Source of the DNA: Squalus acanthias
Lineage: Eukaryota
Direction: 5' to 3'
Length of the DNA: 64,000 nucleotides
Assembly: GCA_030390025.1 (NCBI GenBank)
Contig: CM059431.1
Coordinates: 94,800,001 to 94,864,000 of the forward strand
Below, in pieces: positions 13,285-24,404 of the stretch; within the stretch, counting starts at the first letter, position 1, and each line of letters begins with the position of its first letter. Made by a program: the position numbers and the translations under genes. The notes beneath the pieces were generated by a model. It did not search any database, was not told the origin of the DNA, and saw nothing but the letters and a program-made list of their open reading frames with translations.

Positions 13285-13726
13285 GATGCGAATAACTCCG
13301 CTTATCGTATCAAAAACATTGTGGTGAGCAATATTATCTCGATTCTCCATATCTAAAAATTCCCATAACTTAAAACTATCTAGGGTCTCCGTGTCGTCCT
13401 TATTTCCCAGGAAAATTACATTCTTATAACACCGTAGGCAGCATTTGCCTTTAACTTACACCGCGTGTATTTCCTTCCAGGTGTAACCAGGCCGATGCCT
13501 CTCGCACCACCTGCATATGCATATTTTTTATTCAAGGAAAAAGAAAACAAAAACAACCAAACAAACCAAACAATCATATTCAACAACACCAAATCAAAAT
13601 AATCAAAAAACAACTCTTAAACATGTAGAGTTCCAAACTTAATTACAGTTTCTGAGAAAAATCACGATCAATGACAACAATTCCGAGGCGCACGTGCAAA
13701 AACTGGAGTGACGCCATTTTGGCCGT

Positions 13727-16047
13727 TTACGCGGTGCTTTCTTCGTGCACGCGCACGTAACGCTCTCGCCACTCTCCCGTGTTTTCGTTCTTGGTGAGGC
13801 GTTTGCCTCTCTTACAATGCACGACCAATAAGTATATCGCAATAAACACTTGGCATACAACTAAAATGTGGGAGGCTATTCTAATCCAGGAAGGCACTTC
13901 AATGTTGGTGAACAGGTCCCACCACGGTGGGATTACTATGTCTAGAATTTCTGTCCCTATCTCGACAGTCTTTTGTTCTAGGGTGTAAAAATGTTTCTGC
14001 GAAACCGCAACGGCTTTCAAAAGCTTGGTGAGGTGTTCAGGGAGAGGGGGAATGAGGTATCCGAAATGCGCGACGAATCGCTGCAAGTCGGTAAAATTCT
14101 CTTTTACTGTTAGATGAACAGTGGATGGTTCAGGGATCGGGACAATTCGCTGCTGTGCCACTTGAACTTCAGCCCTGGGTTTAAAACAGAAACTGCTGTC
14201 ACTCACCGGACACCGGCTGCGGTTTCCATGCTGGTAGTGTTGCGCTGCAGTGGTAACGCAATATGTTCCACCCCCTATGTATGCCACCTGCGGAGGCACA
14301 TGATCTTGTGCCATTGCCTCCATGGTGCAATTCATGGGCTTGGCGCCAGCCGTTCTGAACCCGCACTGTGGTGATAAAAAGGCATTCAAGTGCTGGGGAC
14401 ACAGGATTATGTGTGCTCCCCTGCCACGACAACCAGAGAGATCTGTACCTGTCATCGTTTGCTCCCAGCGGATGACGTAAGGTGGAACCGCTGCATAGCG
14501 AATGTGGGCTCCCCCCTGAATGACACCAATGTTCTCTACCCGATATACCGGGGCGGGCTTTGCTGTGTCGCCCAAAACCGGCATACGTAAAACTACCCCC
14601 ACAATGGTGTGGTTTGATCGTCCGCAGTCCACGGGGACTGGGTATGCTTCTGAAGCTAGCCTGAGCTGGCACGGGCTTAATGCGTTCTGAAAAGGGTGGA
14701 GCGCCTGCAGGTGTTTGTTACTTATCCAGGACGGGACCAAACCTTGTTTTAAATCCTCCAAATTACTGCGGCCCTCGCCCAGTAACCACGCCCCGTAAAG
14801 CACGCACACCTCGTTCTGCGCAGCCTGATCGGACGCATTCCGATCTTCCCTGATCAGGGCATTCACTGTATCTGCATGTTTCTCCAGCTCAGCTATAATT
14901 TCTTTTAAATGGAGAGTCATGGGCTGGTCCTCATGTAACCCAGACCCAACCACCTTATTTTCGTCTGTAAGAATATTCTTTAATTGTGTTTTCAAACCAT
15001 TAATCTGGGTCTGCAGCTCCACGCTGTGTAGAGCGTTGACCACAGATGTACCTGTATTGAAAGCAGTGAACATGTCGTTCACAACACCCCTTCTTTGTCT
15101 CCCCACCTGACCCAAAACTTCATGTGGTGCGGTGTACAAACTTGTTTTATCAATTTCCGCGAAATCGAACTCATAAAATTGCCTAAACATCTTGGTCAAC
15201 AGGACCTGATATAACTGTTCCGTCTCTTTGGGGCACCACTCCGGCAACCGCACCTCGGTGAGGTTTAAAATCACTGAGGCCACCGCATAATGTACCCCCT
15301 GAAATAGTAGCTGGTCTGTAGGGACCAGTACCAAACCATTCCTGGGTCCCTTACCGGTTTCAGGGCACCCTTCTTCCTTAGCTAGAACCACCGGAATTGT
15401 GGGCGGGGCCTTGCGTGGGCGCGTAATGAGTTCAGTGGCGTTTACCGGGATCGGAGAGTATGGGGCCCCGCACCCCCTGGTGCTTACATGCCACCTCATC
15501 CCCTGCCCGTTATCCTGCCACTGATTCACGAAAAATATGGATATGCCTTTGGGGCAAACGTGCTTTGACCCCCACATACATACATAGATTCCCTCATCCG
15601 GTTCCCACCATTTGTCCCAACAGACTCTCAATTGTCCGTTAGTCCCCGTAATTGTCCGATGGGTAGTATCCTCATATTCCTGCTCAGCTTTCGTAGCCAC
15701 CACCATCGGCTCAATGGGACCTTCCCATTGCATGTCAAACAAATCCTTTTGCCGACGGTGACGCTGATTCTGGGTGCAATGATCCTCACTCTGGGGCACA
15801 GTAAAGAAGTCTCTTTGTAGGCAAATCCCGATGCACTGGAGTATTCCGTCGAATTCGTTCCCAGCCATCCCGGCCACCTTCCCTTGTGGAAATAAGTGGC
15901 GGTCTCCTCAGCCTTTCGCTTCCCGGTCCCATCCGTCGCGATGGGGGCCGTGTCCCCGGAGCAACCAAACACCACGACATCCTTGCTGCGGCCTCGATAG
16001 GCCAATCCACATCCAAATGCCGCGAGCACTACCAGAATCCGTTCCAT
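13727..16047 (-). pseudogene. env: env: signal peptide + Ig-like domain + class-I fusion glycoprotein resembling Mononegavirales F; one inferred frameshift near 15690
   Basis: MERILVVLAAFGCGLAY signal at 16047; furin site RQRR/GVVNDMFTAF at 15089-15100; heptad ELQTQINGLKTQLKNIL; Cys-rich ectodomain; second heptad; TM segment IASHILVVCQVFIAIYLLVV; short tail. ORF 13727-15877 covers the downstream frame. Confidence 0.85.
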
Positions 16048-16054
16048 CCTTCCT

Positions 16055-16085
16055 TGGTTCCTGTGATCAGATAGAATGAGGTAGC
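16055..16085 (-). promoter_or_regulatory. Candidate env splice acceptor
   Basis: Minus strand ctcattctatctgatcacag/G, 13 nt upstream of the signal-peptide ATG. Confidence 0.55.
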
Positions 16086-16886
16086 CAGCCTCCCAAGAGT
16101 CTCTGGCTTTTGTGAAGGGTGAGCGGGTCCCCTGACCTCGCCTCACGTAAGAAGACATGTGCGCTGGATAGATCTTTTAGCTAAACCTAATCTTAAACTC
16201 CCATCATTTATCTTTTACTTATTAAAATTTTAACTATCAAACTTCAAACTTAAAACTTATAAACTATAAAACTTATAACTTATCTTATAAAACTGTACAG
16301 CGCCGCCCATTCCCAGAGCAGCCTACTCAAATTCTGCGGTTGCTGCCACAGGCTTCTCCCAACGGTGGGAGGGCGCTGACCCCTCCTTTTGATCTGCCGC
16401 AGCCTGTGGCTGCTGCGCTGGGACTGGGATCTCCCTGGGCTGTTTTAGCCTTGACCCTACGCCTTGGGACACTCTGGGGACTTACCCACATCTTTCTGGG
16501 CTGGGGTTTCCGACTTGACCTACGGGGAACTACCGGGGGCAGGACCGACGGACCGGGTTTCGAGACTTCCACCGTGGCGACCTGTGGTCCCACCACAGTC
16601 GCTGGCTCCGCCCCCCCCTGACTCCGCCTCCCTGAACTCGGGATCTGCAGCCTCTGGCACTGCCCTACTTGGCCCAGTAGGCGGCCCTTTACTCGCAGTC
16701 CCTACCTCCCTCGAGGGCAAGACTTCCAAGGCGGACGGATTGGGTTCTGAGGCTTCCATTGCCACGTCCTGTGGTCCCACCACAGCCACTGGCCCCGCCT
16801 CCCCTAACTCCGCCCCCCTGATTTCGGGACCTGCAGCTTCTGTCTCCACCCTGTGTGGATCTCCATCTGCAGTCCCTATCTTCCCT

Positions 16887-19800
16887 TTACCTGAATCGGG
16901 CCCTTTCGTCCTCCGATTCCAGCTCCTCTTCGCTTGTGTCACTATCTTGGTCGAGCTCCTCGAACTCTTCCTCATCTGACTCCCAACCCCAATAAAGGAT
17001 CCTACATTTTGCTAGGATGTCCTCTCCCCTGATGCAGGCTGCTTTGCCTGCCTGTGTGCCCTGTGGCCCTACCCGGGGCTGCGAGTCCCCACTCGCAGGT
17101 TTGGCCCCTGTGGTAGGCCCTTGTGCACCCGGCTTATACAGTTTGCACTGATTTACGTGGAACCACTTAGTGCGCCGAGGTACTTTTACGGCGTATACCA
17201 TGGGACTCGCCTTATCTACAATGCTGTAGGGTCCCATATACAGTGGTTCCAGACTCCCTACTCTGGCATAGTTTCTGACCATGACCTGGTCTCCTACTTC
17301 CCACTCCTGCTTCTTGCGGTGTTCCAGCAACAGGCGATTGCCCTGATGCTGTCTTCCCATGTTCCCAGCCGCCTGCTCATAAACCTGCTTCAGGCGCTCC
17401 AAGAGGGTCTGGACGAACTTGTCCCTGCTTACCTCTTGGAGCTGACCCTCAGTGAGCACCGGCGCTAGTACATGGGTGGGGGTTCGCATGATCCTTCCAG
17501 TCATCACCTCGTGCGGGGAATACCCCGTACCTTTCGACTGACTGGCCCGGATCCCCATGAGGACTAGAGGCAGAACCTCCGCCCATTTTTGGGGCGAGTT
17601 CATAGTCTCTTTCCTCAATTTCTCCTTCAGGGTCCGGTTCATGCGTTCAACAATCCCGGATGACTGGGGATTGTGCGCTACGTGCCACTTCCCTTCAATG
17701 CCCAAAAGCATGAGGGTGTTCTGCATCACCTGGCCGGTGAAATGACTCCCTTGGTCTGACTCCACGAAATGGGGGAGTCCCCACCGCGAGAACACTTCCC
17801 GGACCAAGATTTTTGCAGTACCCAGCGCCGTAACTGTTCTACAGGGGAAGGCTTCCACCCATTTGGAAAACACATCCACCAAGACGAGGCAGTATTTGTA
17901 GCCTCCCTGGGTGGTGGGCAGGGGCCCTATATAGTCGATCTGTATCGACTGCCATGGTCCCTCCACCCTCCTGATGTGCCCCATGGGCACTTTCCTTTTC
18001 TGGGGGTCTGGGTTGTTTGCAGCGCACACGAGACAGCTAGCACAGAACTCGCGGACCTGCTCCCTGAGTCCCGGCCACCATCCCGCCTACTCTACCCGTT
18101 GCCAGGTAACCTCGGGCCCGGGGTGCCCTGCCCCCGGCCCCTCATGAGCCAACTGGAGGAATTCCCTCCTGTGCTGCTGCGGCACAACCCACTGCTCCTC
18201 GCAGAACAGCATGCCTTCCTTAAGGGAGAGGGTTGCCATACTGTACGGACCCTCTACCTGCTTGCCCTCAGCAATGGTTCTGAGAACTGCTTTTAGGGCG
18301 GGATCCTGGTTCTGGACGGTCTTAAGGTCTAGGGGCAATGCTACCCTGGTGTTCCCGGGATTCCCGTCCCTGCCTTGGATCGCTGCCACGGGTCTGGGCC
18401 CATAGGGGTCCCAGAAAATGCCGTTGCGGGCACCCTCCCTGGCGAGCGCATCCGCCTGCTGGTTGCCCTCCCCACGGGGCTCTGTGGAGGAGTGAGCCTT
18501 CACCTTATGGATGAAAATCTCCCCTTCCTCCCCTACTGCTGCTAGGATCTTCTCCAGCAAGGGCTTCACCGTTAAAGGTCGCCCGTCCGCGGAGGTGTAT
18601 CCACGGCGGGACCAAATGGCCAGGTATTCCGTACACGAATTGCATGTGAACATACTGTCCGAGCAAATCGTCTATGGGGTTGGGAAAGTTTCTGGGTGGG
18701 TAACGATGTACGCCACCGCAGACAGCTCAGCCTGCTGCGCGCTCATGGTGCTGGGGAGCTTAATCGCCAGGGCAAAGTTTGCCGCAGGGTCATAAACTCC
18801 ACACCCTGTGAGTCGTTCGCCAGCGGATACTGTGCTGGACCCATCAACATAAATTTCGCGCCCTGTGGGATGTATCCCGGCCCGTAAACCTATGTTGACT
18901 TCCCACACCCCCTCCACCGAACACTGGTGGGCTGTACCGGGGTATACCAAATTGGCCGCAAGCCTGGGCTCGCAAAGACCTTTAACCCTAAGATCCATCT
19001 GGGAAAGGAGAAGGGTCCAGCGCGCAATTCGAGCGCTGCTTACGGTCCCATCCTTAATCCTCCCATCTAGAAGCATCTTAGTTGGTGTGTGATGGGTGAG
19101 GAGAGTGATGGGAGAGAGCCCTGTGAAGATCGCTGATCTTTTCACAGCCCAATGCGTGGCTAAAAGATGCCTTTCGCAATTGGAGAAACTCCTCTCCACA
19201 TCGGTCAACACCCTGGACAAATAGACAACCGGCCTCAGCTTGCCGTGGCGCTCTTGGAGCAGCACAGCGCTCAAGCTGTCTCCGCTGGCAGCTACCTCCA
19301 GGAAAAATTCCTTCCCCCCATCTATGGCCCCTAAAGCTGGCGCGGTCTGCAAATCCCTTTTTAACTTCTCGAAGGCTGCCTGGCAGCCCTCGTCCCAAGA
19401 CCACTCCACTCCCTTATGGAGGAGTCGGAGCAGCGGCGCCGCTGTGGCCGCATAGTCTTCGATAAAATCTCTGCAGTAACCGGTCAGTCCCAAAAAGGAC
19501 CTCACACCCCTTATGGTGTTGGGAATCGGTAACTCCTGCACCGACTCCCTCCTAGCCTTATCTATGGCTCTTTCCCCAGCGCGAATGGTCAGCCCCAGGA
19601 ATTTTACTTCCTGCTGACCGATACGTGCTTTCTTAGGGTTTACTTTAAAACCCTTTCTCGCTAGCAGCTCCAATAACTCGGCCAGTAGTGGTCCATGCTC
19701 CTCCCTTGAATCCGTAAATAGGAGCAAATCATCCACGTACTGCACTATCTGATTGGGCTGACTAAACTCCTTTAAACTTCCTGCCATACACTAATGGAAA

Positions 19801-20804
19801 ATACTGGGGCTGTTGTGGAAACCCTGTGGCAGACAGCTCCATGTGTACTGTTGTCCTTTGAAAGTAAAGGCAAACTTGTACTGGTCCTCTCGCCGCAGCG
19901 GGATGGACCAAAAACCGTTCGAGATATCCAGCACCGTGAACGTGGTCGCGGACGCTGGGATGCTCCCTATTAGGTCAGCAACTGCTGCTACCGTGGGCGC
20001 GCAGGCGGGGATGTTACTGTTAAGGACTCTGTAGTCCACCGTGGCCCTCCACGAATTATCCGGCTTCCTAACCGGCCATAATGGGGAGTTCACGTGTGTG
20101 GCTATCGGCCTCAACACGCCCTGCTGCACCAAGGAGGACATTGCTGCCTCCATATCGGGTTCCGCTTCTTTGGGGAAGTTATACTGCTTTTGGGGCCGGG
20201 TCATGGGGTCCCCATCTACGCTGACCTCAAACCCGGTAACCCTCCCACAATCGTGCTTGTGGGTTGCAAACACGTGCATATTATCTGACACGTACGTTTG
20301 CATGTCCGTTGGGACATCCGCGACCATAAGCCCGAGGTCGTAACCTCCGGATGGCTTCATGGTACACAGGGCCCCTTTACCTTCCTCCCCCGGAATTACC
20401 ACTACCTTGCCTTTTCCATCCTTGGCTCCCCAGAGACAGTGATTCCTAAGGTCCACGAGGATCCCGTGCTCCGATAGGAGATCTGATCCGAGGATGCCTC
20501 TCCCACCCCCCTCTTGCCATTTCATCAGTATGCACTTCCACGTGGTGTGGAGTGCTCCTAAATGAATGGAGAGCGGAATGGAGAACGCGCCAGCCTGCTC
20601 TTTTCCCGTGAACCCCGCTAATGTGTATGGGACCTTGGTAGACAGTGGTGAGTCAAAGGGGCTATCCGTATGAATCACGGTGCATGAAGCTCCCGTGTCC
20701 AACAAATAACTACCCTTCTACTTCTCTACCTCCATCTCCACCAGGGGTCGCTTCCACGCATCATAGCTGAGCGGACACAGGTAGACGGGCTGTGCGGGCT
20801 CTAG
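16887..20804 (-). pseudogene. pol: pol (protease, RT, degenerate RNase H/tether, RNase H, integrase) in one frame with four premature TAG stops
   Basis: LLDTGASC; VLDISNGFW, CLPQGFHNSP, YVDD; tether FFLEVAAS...NCERHLLA; RNase H IYVDGSS, SAQQAELSAV, HKVKAH, GNQQADALAR; IN HHCC, QIDYIGP, ESDQGSHF, SGIVERMN, GPY. Stops at 20718, 19791, 18672, 18087. Confidence 0.92.
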
Positions 20805-22628
20805 TCATTGGGTATTGTTGGACGGGGCTGCGGCATCTGCAGGGCCGGTAGCGACTGCCACCCTTCCTTGCGAAATCATGAGGGTGCGCATGGCTCCCAA
20901 CATTGATTCGATCGCATCGGGATGGATAGGCACACCAGCTCCCCTATCAGAGACAGGCGCCTGGGCTCGGACTGCGGGATTTTTATCCCTGGACTCCTTC
21001 CAAGGGTTCCTGCAGTTCTTGCGCCAGTGCCCTGTCTTTCCGCATCCGAAACAAGCATTACTGGCTTGTGGGACGCGATTTCCCTCCTGATGCCACTCCT
21101 TTTGAGCCGGGGCTGTGGGTCGTGCCTCATGCACCTTTCCCTTAAGGGGACGCGCTCCCGTACTCCTGGTATTATGGTACCCTACCGTGAGGTGGTTTAG
21201 GACCGACTCCTCTGTTGTGGCGGGGTTAGTGGGATCAAACCACGCTTTGGCCTGCTCCCTCACGGCTGGCAAGCTGTTGGCTACTATACATCTGAGCCAG
21301 TGAGCTAAACCAACGCCGTTTAAATCAATGCGCTCGGGCGCGCCTGGGCAACTACGCTGATAGACAGGCCACAGCCTGTCGGCGAAAACCTTCGGGGGTT
21401 CTCCCTCCATCTGCATAGTCTGTCCCAATCTCACAAACGGACCTTCATTGTCCGCCCCCAACACCTCTAGGACCTCATCTCTTAACTCCTCATAGGTCCT
21501 ATTACCCCTTTTACTCGCGTCTGAGAGACACTGGAGGATCGAGCTGTCTAAGGAGAACAGCAGCATTTTTGCCCTTTCCCCATCGTCGCAGCCGTTAATG
21601 GCTGCAGTCTGCTCTACCTCCCTGAAATGTACGGAAGGGTCGTCTGACTCGGACAGCTTCCGTACGTGGCTGATCATAGCCCTCAGCTGGTGTGCGCTGT
21701 GAGGCAACACAAGCTGGTTGAGGAGATCCCCCGCTTCCCCACCGTCTCCGTTCGGGCCCCTCTTGATACCTGTAAGCGGGCACAATTGTCCTGGCTTCAC
21801 TACTACTTCAGGGGGCTGTACTACCTCGGGGACCTCTTCCTCTACTTCTACCACTTCCTCCCTTACCCAGGTTGCCGAATAGCTGGGTGGCGCGGAGGGC
21901 ACAGTGGCAAATACCTCCTCTGCTTTGTTCGGTGGGGATTTCTGGAATTCCCCACCCACCGGCGGCTGGTGTGCTGACGGGCTGATAAGGCACACCATGC
22001 CGTGCGCTTTATTCAGGGCCTCTTTAAGGTTCCTTATCTCTCTTTGGCAGACGCTGTGATCGGCCCCCTCATGTTTATCCTCGAGGGCCATCTTATATGC
22101 CGCCCATACCCCCTTTAAGCTCTCTTCCTGGGCTTTTATTTGAGCAGCCAGGCAGGCACATCGTTCCCTTATTCTGCCCTCATTTAATTTTGCCTCAGTG
22201 ACCTGGCACTCGAGGTAATCTATTTTCGCCTCATGGTGGTTGGCGACTAACTGGCGTTCTTGATGCAACGCATTTAAAGACGCGATGAGCTGCTGCCCCC
22301 CCGCGACCTTCTCGTCCATTTCCACCTCTAAACCCTTGATCTGAGCTGCCTGCGCTATGATGACCTGGTCCGAAAGCTGGACTTGTCTTTTTTAACACAT
22401 CAGCCAGACCGCTTTCTCGACAGATTTTTTATGTTCCTTGCTACCTGTCCACCCCACGGCTGCCTCTCGTGGACGCTTATCCACCAGCAGGTCACTTATC
22501 CATCTCTTAGTCAAATTCACTTTTCCAAAAACATAATCGGCTATCCTCTCTTCCATAACATTTCGCCCATTCATACCAGGGTCTAACACGTTATTTTCTC
22601 GCTGCCAGTGTCCCTTCGTAGTCGCCAT
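20805..22628 (-). pseudogene. gag: gag (N-terminal coiled coil, capsid-like region, single CCHC knuckle) with one in-frame TAA
   Basis: ORFs 22392-22628 and 20805-22325 share a frame, separated by TAA at 22392-22394; CFGCGKTGHWRKNC zinc knuckle. Confidence 0.85.
22610..22627 (-). other. Primer binding site, tRNA-Arg(TCG)-like
   Basis: TGGCGACTACGAAGGGAC 5 nt downstream of the 5' LTR; 17/18 complementary to a recalled vertebrate tRNA-Arg(TCG) 3' end, GTCCCTTCGTGGTCGCCA. Confidence 0.8.
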
Positions 22629-22632
22629 TATC

Positions 22633-24273
22633 TGTAAGGGGGTTTCGCGTGGCTCTGTGCTTAGCCTGGGTGCTAGTGCGGGGTTAGGCCTTGTTGCCTG
22701 TTCTGGTGTCCAGCCAGCCTGGTAACACTAGACACCTGTGAGTGGTTCGACCCACTCGCCCTTACGGTTCTGACACTGGACTTAGGTGCGAGAGCAATAA
22801 TGCAGAGAAAACTCAGGTAGACCCGGTTGAATAGTGCGAAATGGAAAATCTTTATTGCATATTATTCAAGATTACGAAATACATGTCATAAGCACAGATT
22901 AATGACAGTACAAACTTACATACATTTATGCAACTAGGTTTAGGGAAACGAGGAGCGCACGACACATCGTAAAAGGGGACACACATTATAATTATCTTTA
23001 AAACATAAACCCTCCCCTATCAATGCCTGTCCTAATCTAGATCTGTAGGATCGAGACTCATGCTCACCACTCGTGATAACTCGGAGAATTCCGAACCTCT
23101 GCTCGGATGTTTTCACCGCAGCACCTGACTATCCACGTGTTGATCAGGGGTCTCTGTACCCCACTTGTTTACTCGCTTCTGCTCCGGCTAGCAGGCTGGA
23201 TCGTCTGCTGTCATGAAGATCTGTGTTGACCTCGGACTCCAGATACAGTTCAAAGAAGAGTCTTACTGTGCCCGACACCAGTTGTCGGTAGAACTCGAAG
23301 AATAGTCTTCTCGGGCCAGTTGTGGAGTAGCCGATAGAATTCGAAAATGGTCCTTATATTTTGAGGCGCGGTCGGGGCTTACTGACCGCGGCGACACGTG
23401 TAGTCTTCTTCTCTTCTCATCTCATCTCATCTCATCTCCTCCCGGGCCTTCGGATCCGACTCGTTTACCGACTTCTCGGGATGGTGCGCCCGCTTATCGG
23501 CCTTTGCAGTCCAGCTCTCCACAGATCTTCGCGGCAAGCCACGAGGTTGACTCCCGGAAAATCAGCGGATCAGAGAATGAGAGTCCAGAGCTCCAGTCGG
23601 TAGTAAAGAATAAGAGCACGATGAACAGCCAGAGGATAAGAGAAAGATGGACGTTTGGACACTACAGTTTATAGTACTGTAATTCCTTATCTCCCGCCCA
23701 ATCTTTAATGTTCATCTTTTGTCATGTTTTGGCGCTCAAACTTCTTGTATGGGGTGGTACTTGTCGTTAATGGGTTACGGTGATACTTGTAACTGTCTGA
23801 GTACCCGTTAATATTTTTCCCATTGTGGAACCGGCTAGTAGTCTCCCTGGAGGGGTTTTGGGGGCTTCCAAATGCTTGCTGTGAGTACCCGCGAACGGCT
23901 CTCTCATCGTAGAGCCGTGGGGATTTTGCATATCAATGTCTTTGGATGGGTCCTTGATCGCCCAGTACAATAGCCCTCGTTTGTACCTGGAAGACCGATT
24001 CCAGTATTTATGTTTAAAATGCAAACCCATCGCGTCTTGTCATTATCTCAAATGTGCTGAGTCCTGTCCGATCTCGCTGAAATGTTTATTGAAACGCCAT
24101 CTTGTCTGCCTACTGAAAGTCTAGAACCTTCTGCCACGAGGCGTGGCGGCCATTTTACAGGCTGCTTGTGTCCTTTTTGAAACATGACAGCATTTTACTG
24201 AAATAAAGCTGTTTATACGAAACTTTATGTTTCCTTATTATTATAAAATCGCGATAATTTTGCGAATTCTACA
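22633..24273 (-). repeat. 5' LTR of provirus (1641 bp)
   Basis: TGTAGAATTC...CCCTTACA on the minus strand; TATAAA at 23668-23673 preceded by a GC box/CCAAT (gattgggcgggag); AATAAA at 22851-22856. Confidence 0.95.
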
Positions 24274-24404
24274 CTCTATACTATCTCATGACTGTGCTCT
24301 GGGCCCTCCATACTAGCTCCTGACTGTGCTTTGGGCCCTCTACACTAGCTCCTGACTGTGCTCTGGGCCCTCCAGACTGTGCTCAGGTACTAGCTCCTGA
24401 CTGT
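24274..24404 (+). repeat. 32-bp satellite, right remainder
   Basis: Same unit as 10414-11613. Confidence 0.9.

Larger units (their letters stand above)
11614..24273 (-). mobile_element. Full-length endogenous retrovirus-like provirus (lokiretrovirus-like): LTR-gag-pol-env-LTR
   Basis: Two near-identical LTRs with TGTA...TACA termini; 4-bp TSD CTCC/CTCT; PBS and PPT; gag CCHC, PR, RT, dual RNase H, IN and an F-like env. Confidence 0.93.

Noticed and set aside
13416..13613. Hydrophobic 65-aa ORF downstream of env
   Set aside because: Explained by U-rich 3' UTR composition, with a non-ATG start
15700..15877. N-terminus of the 716-aa ORF (MAGMAG...) as the true env start
   Set aside because: It has no signal peptide; the overlapping frame has the signal peptide and the Ig B/C strands, and the 3674-4290 homologue matches that frame
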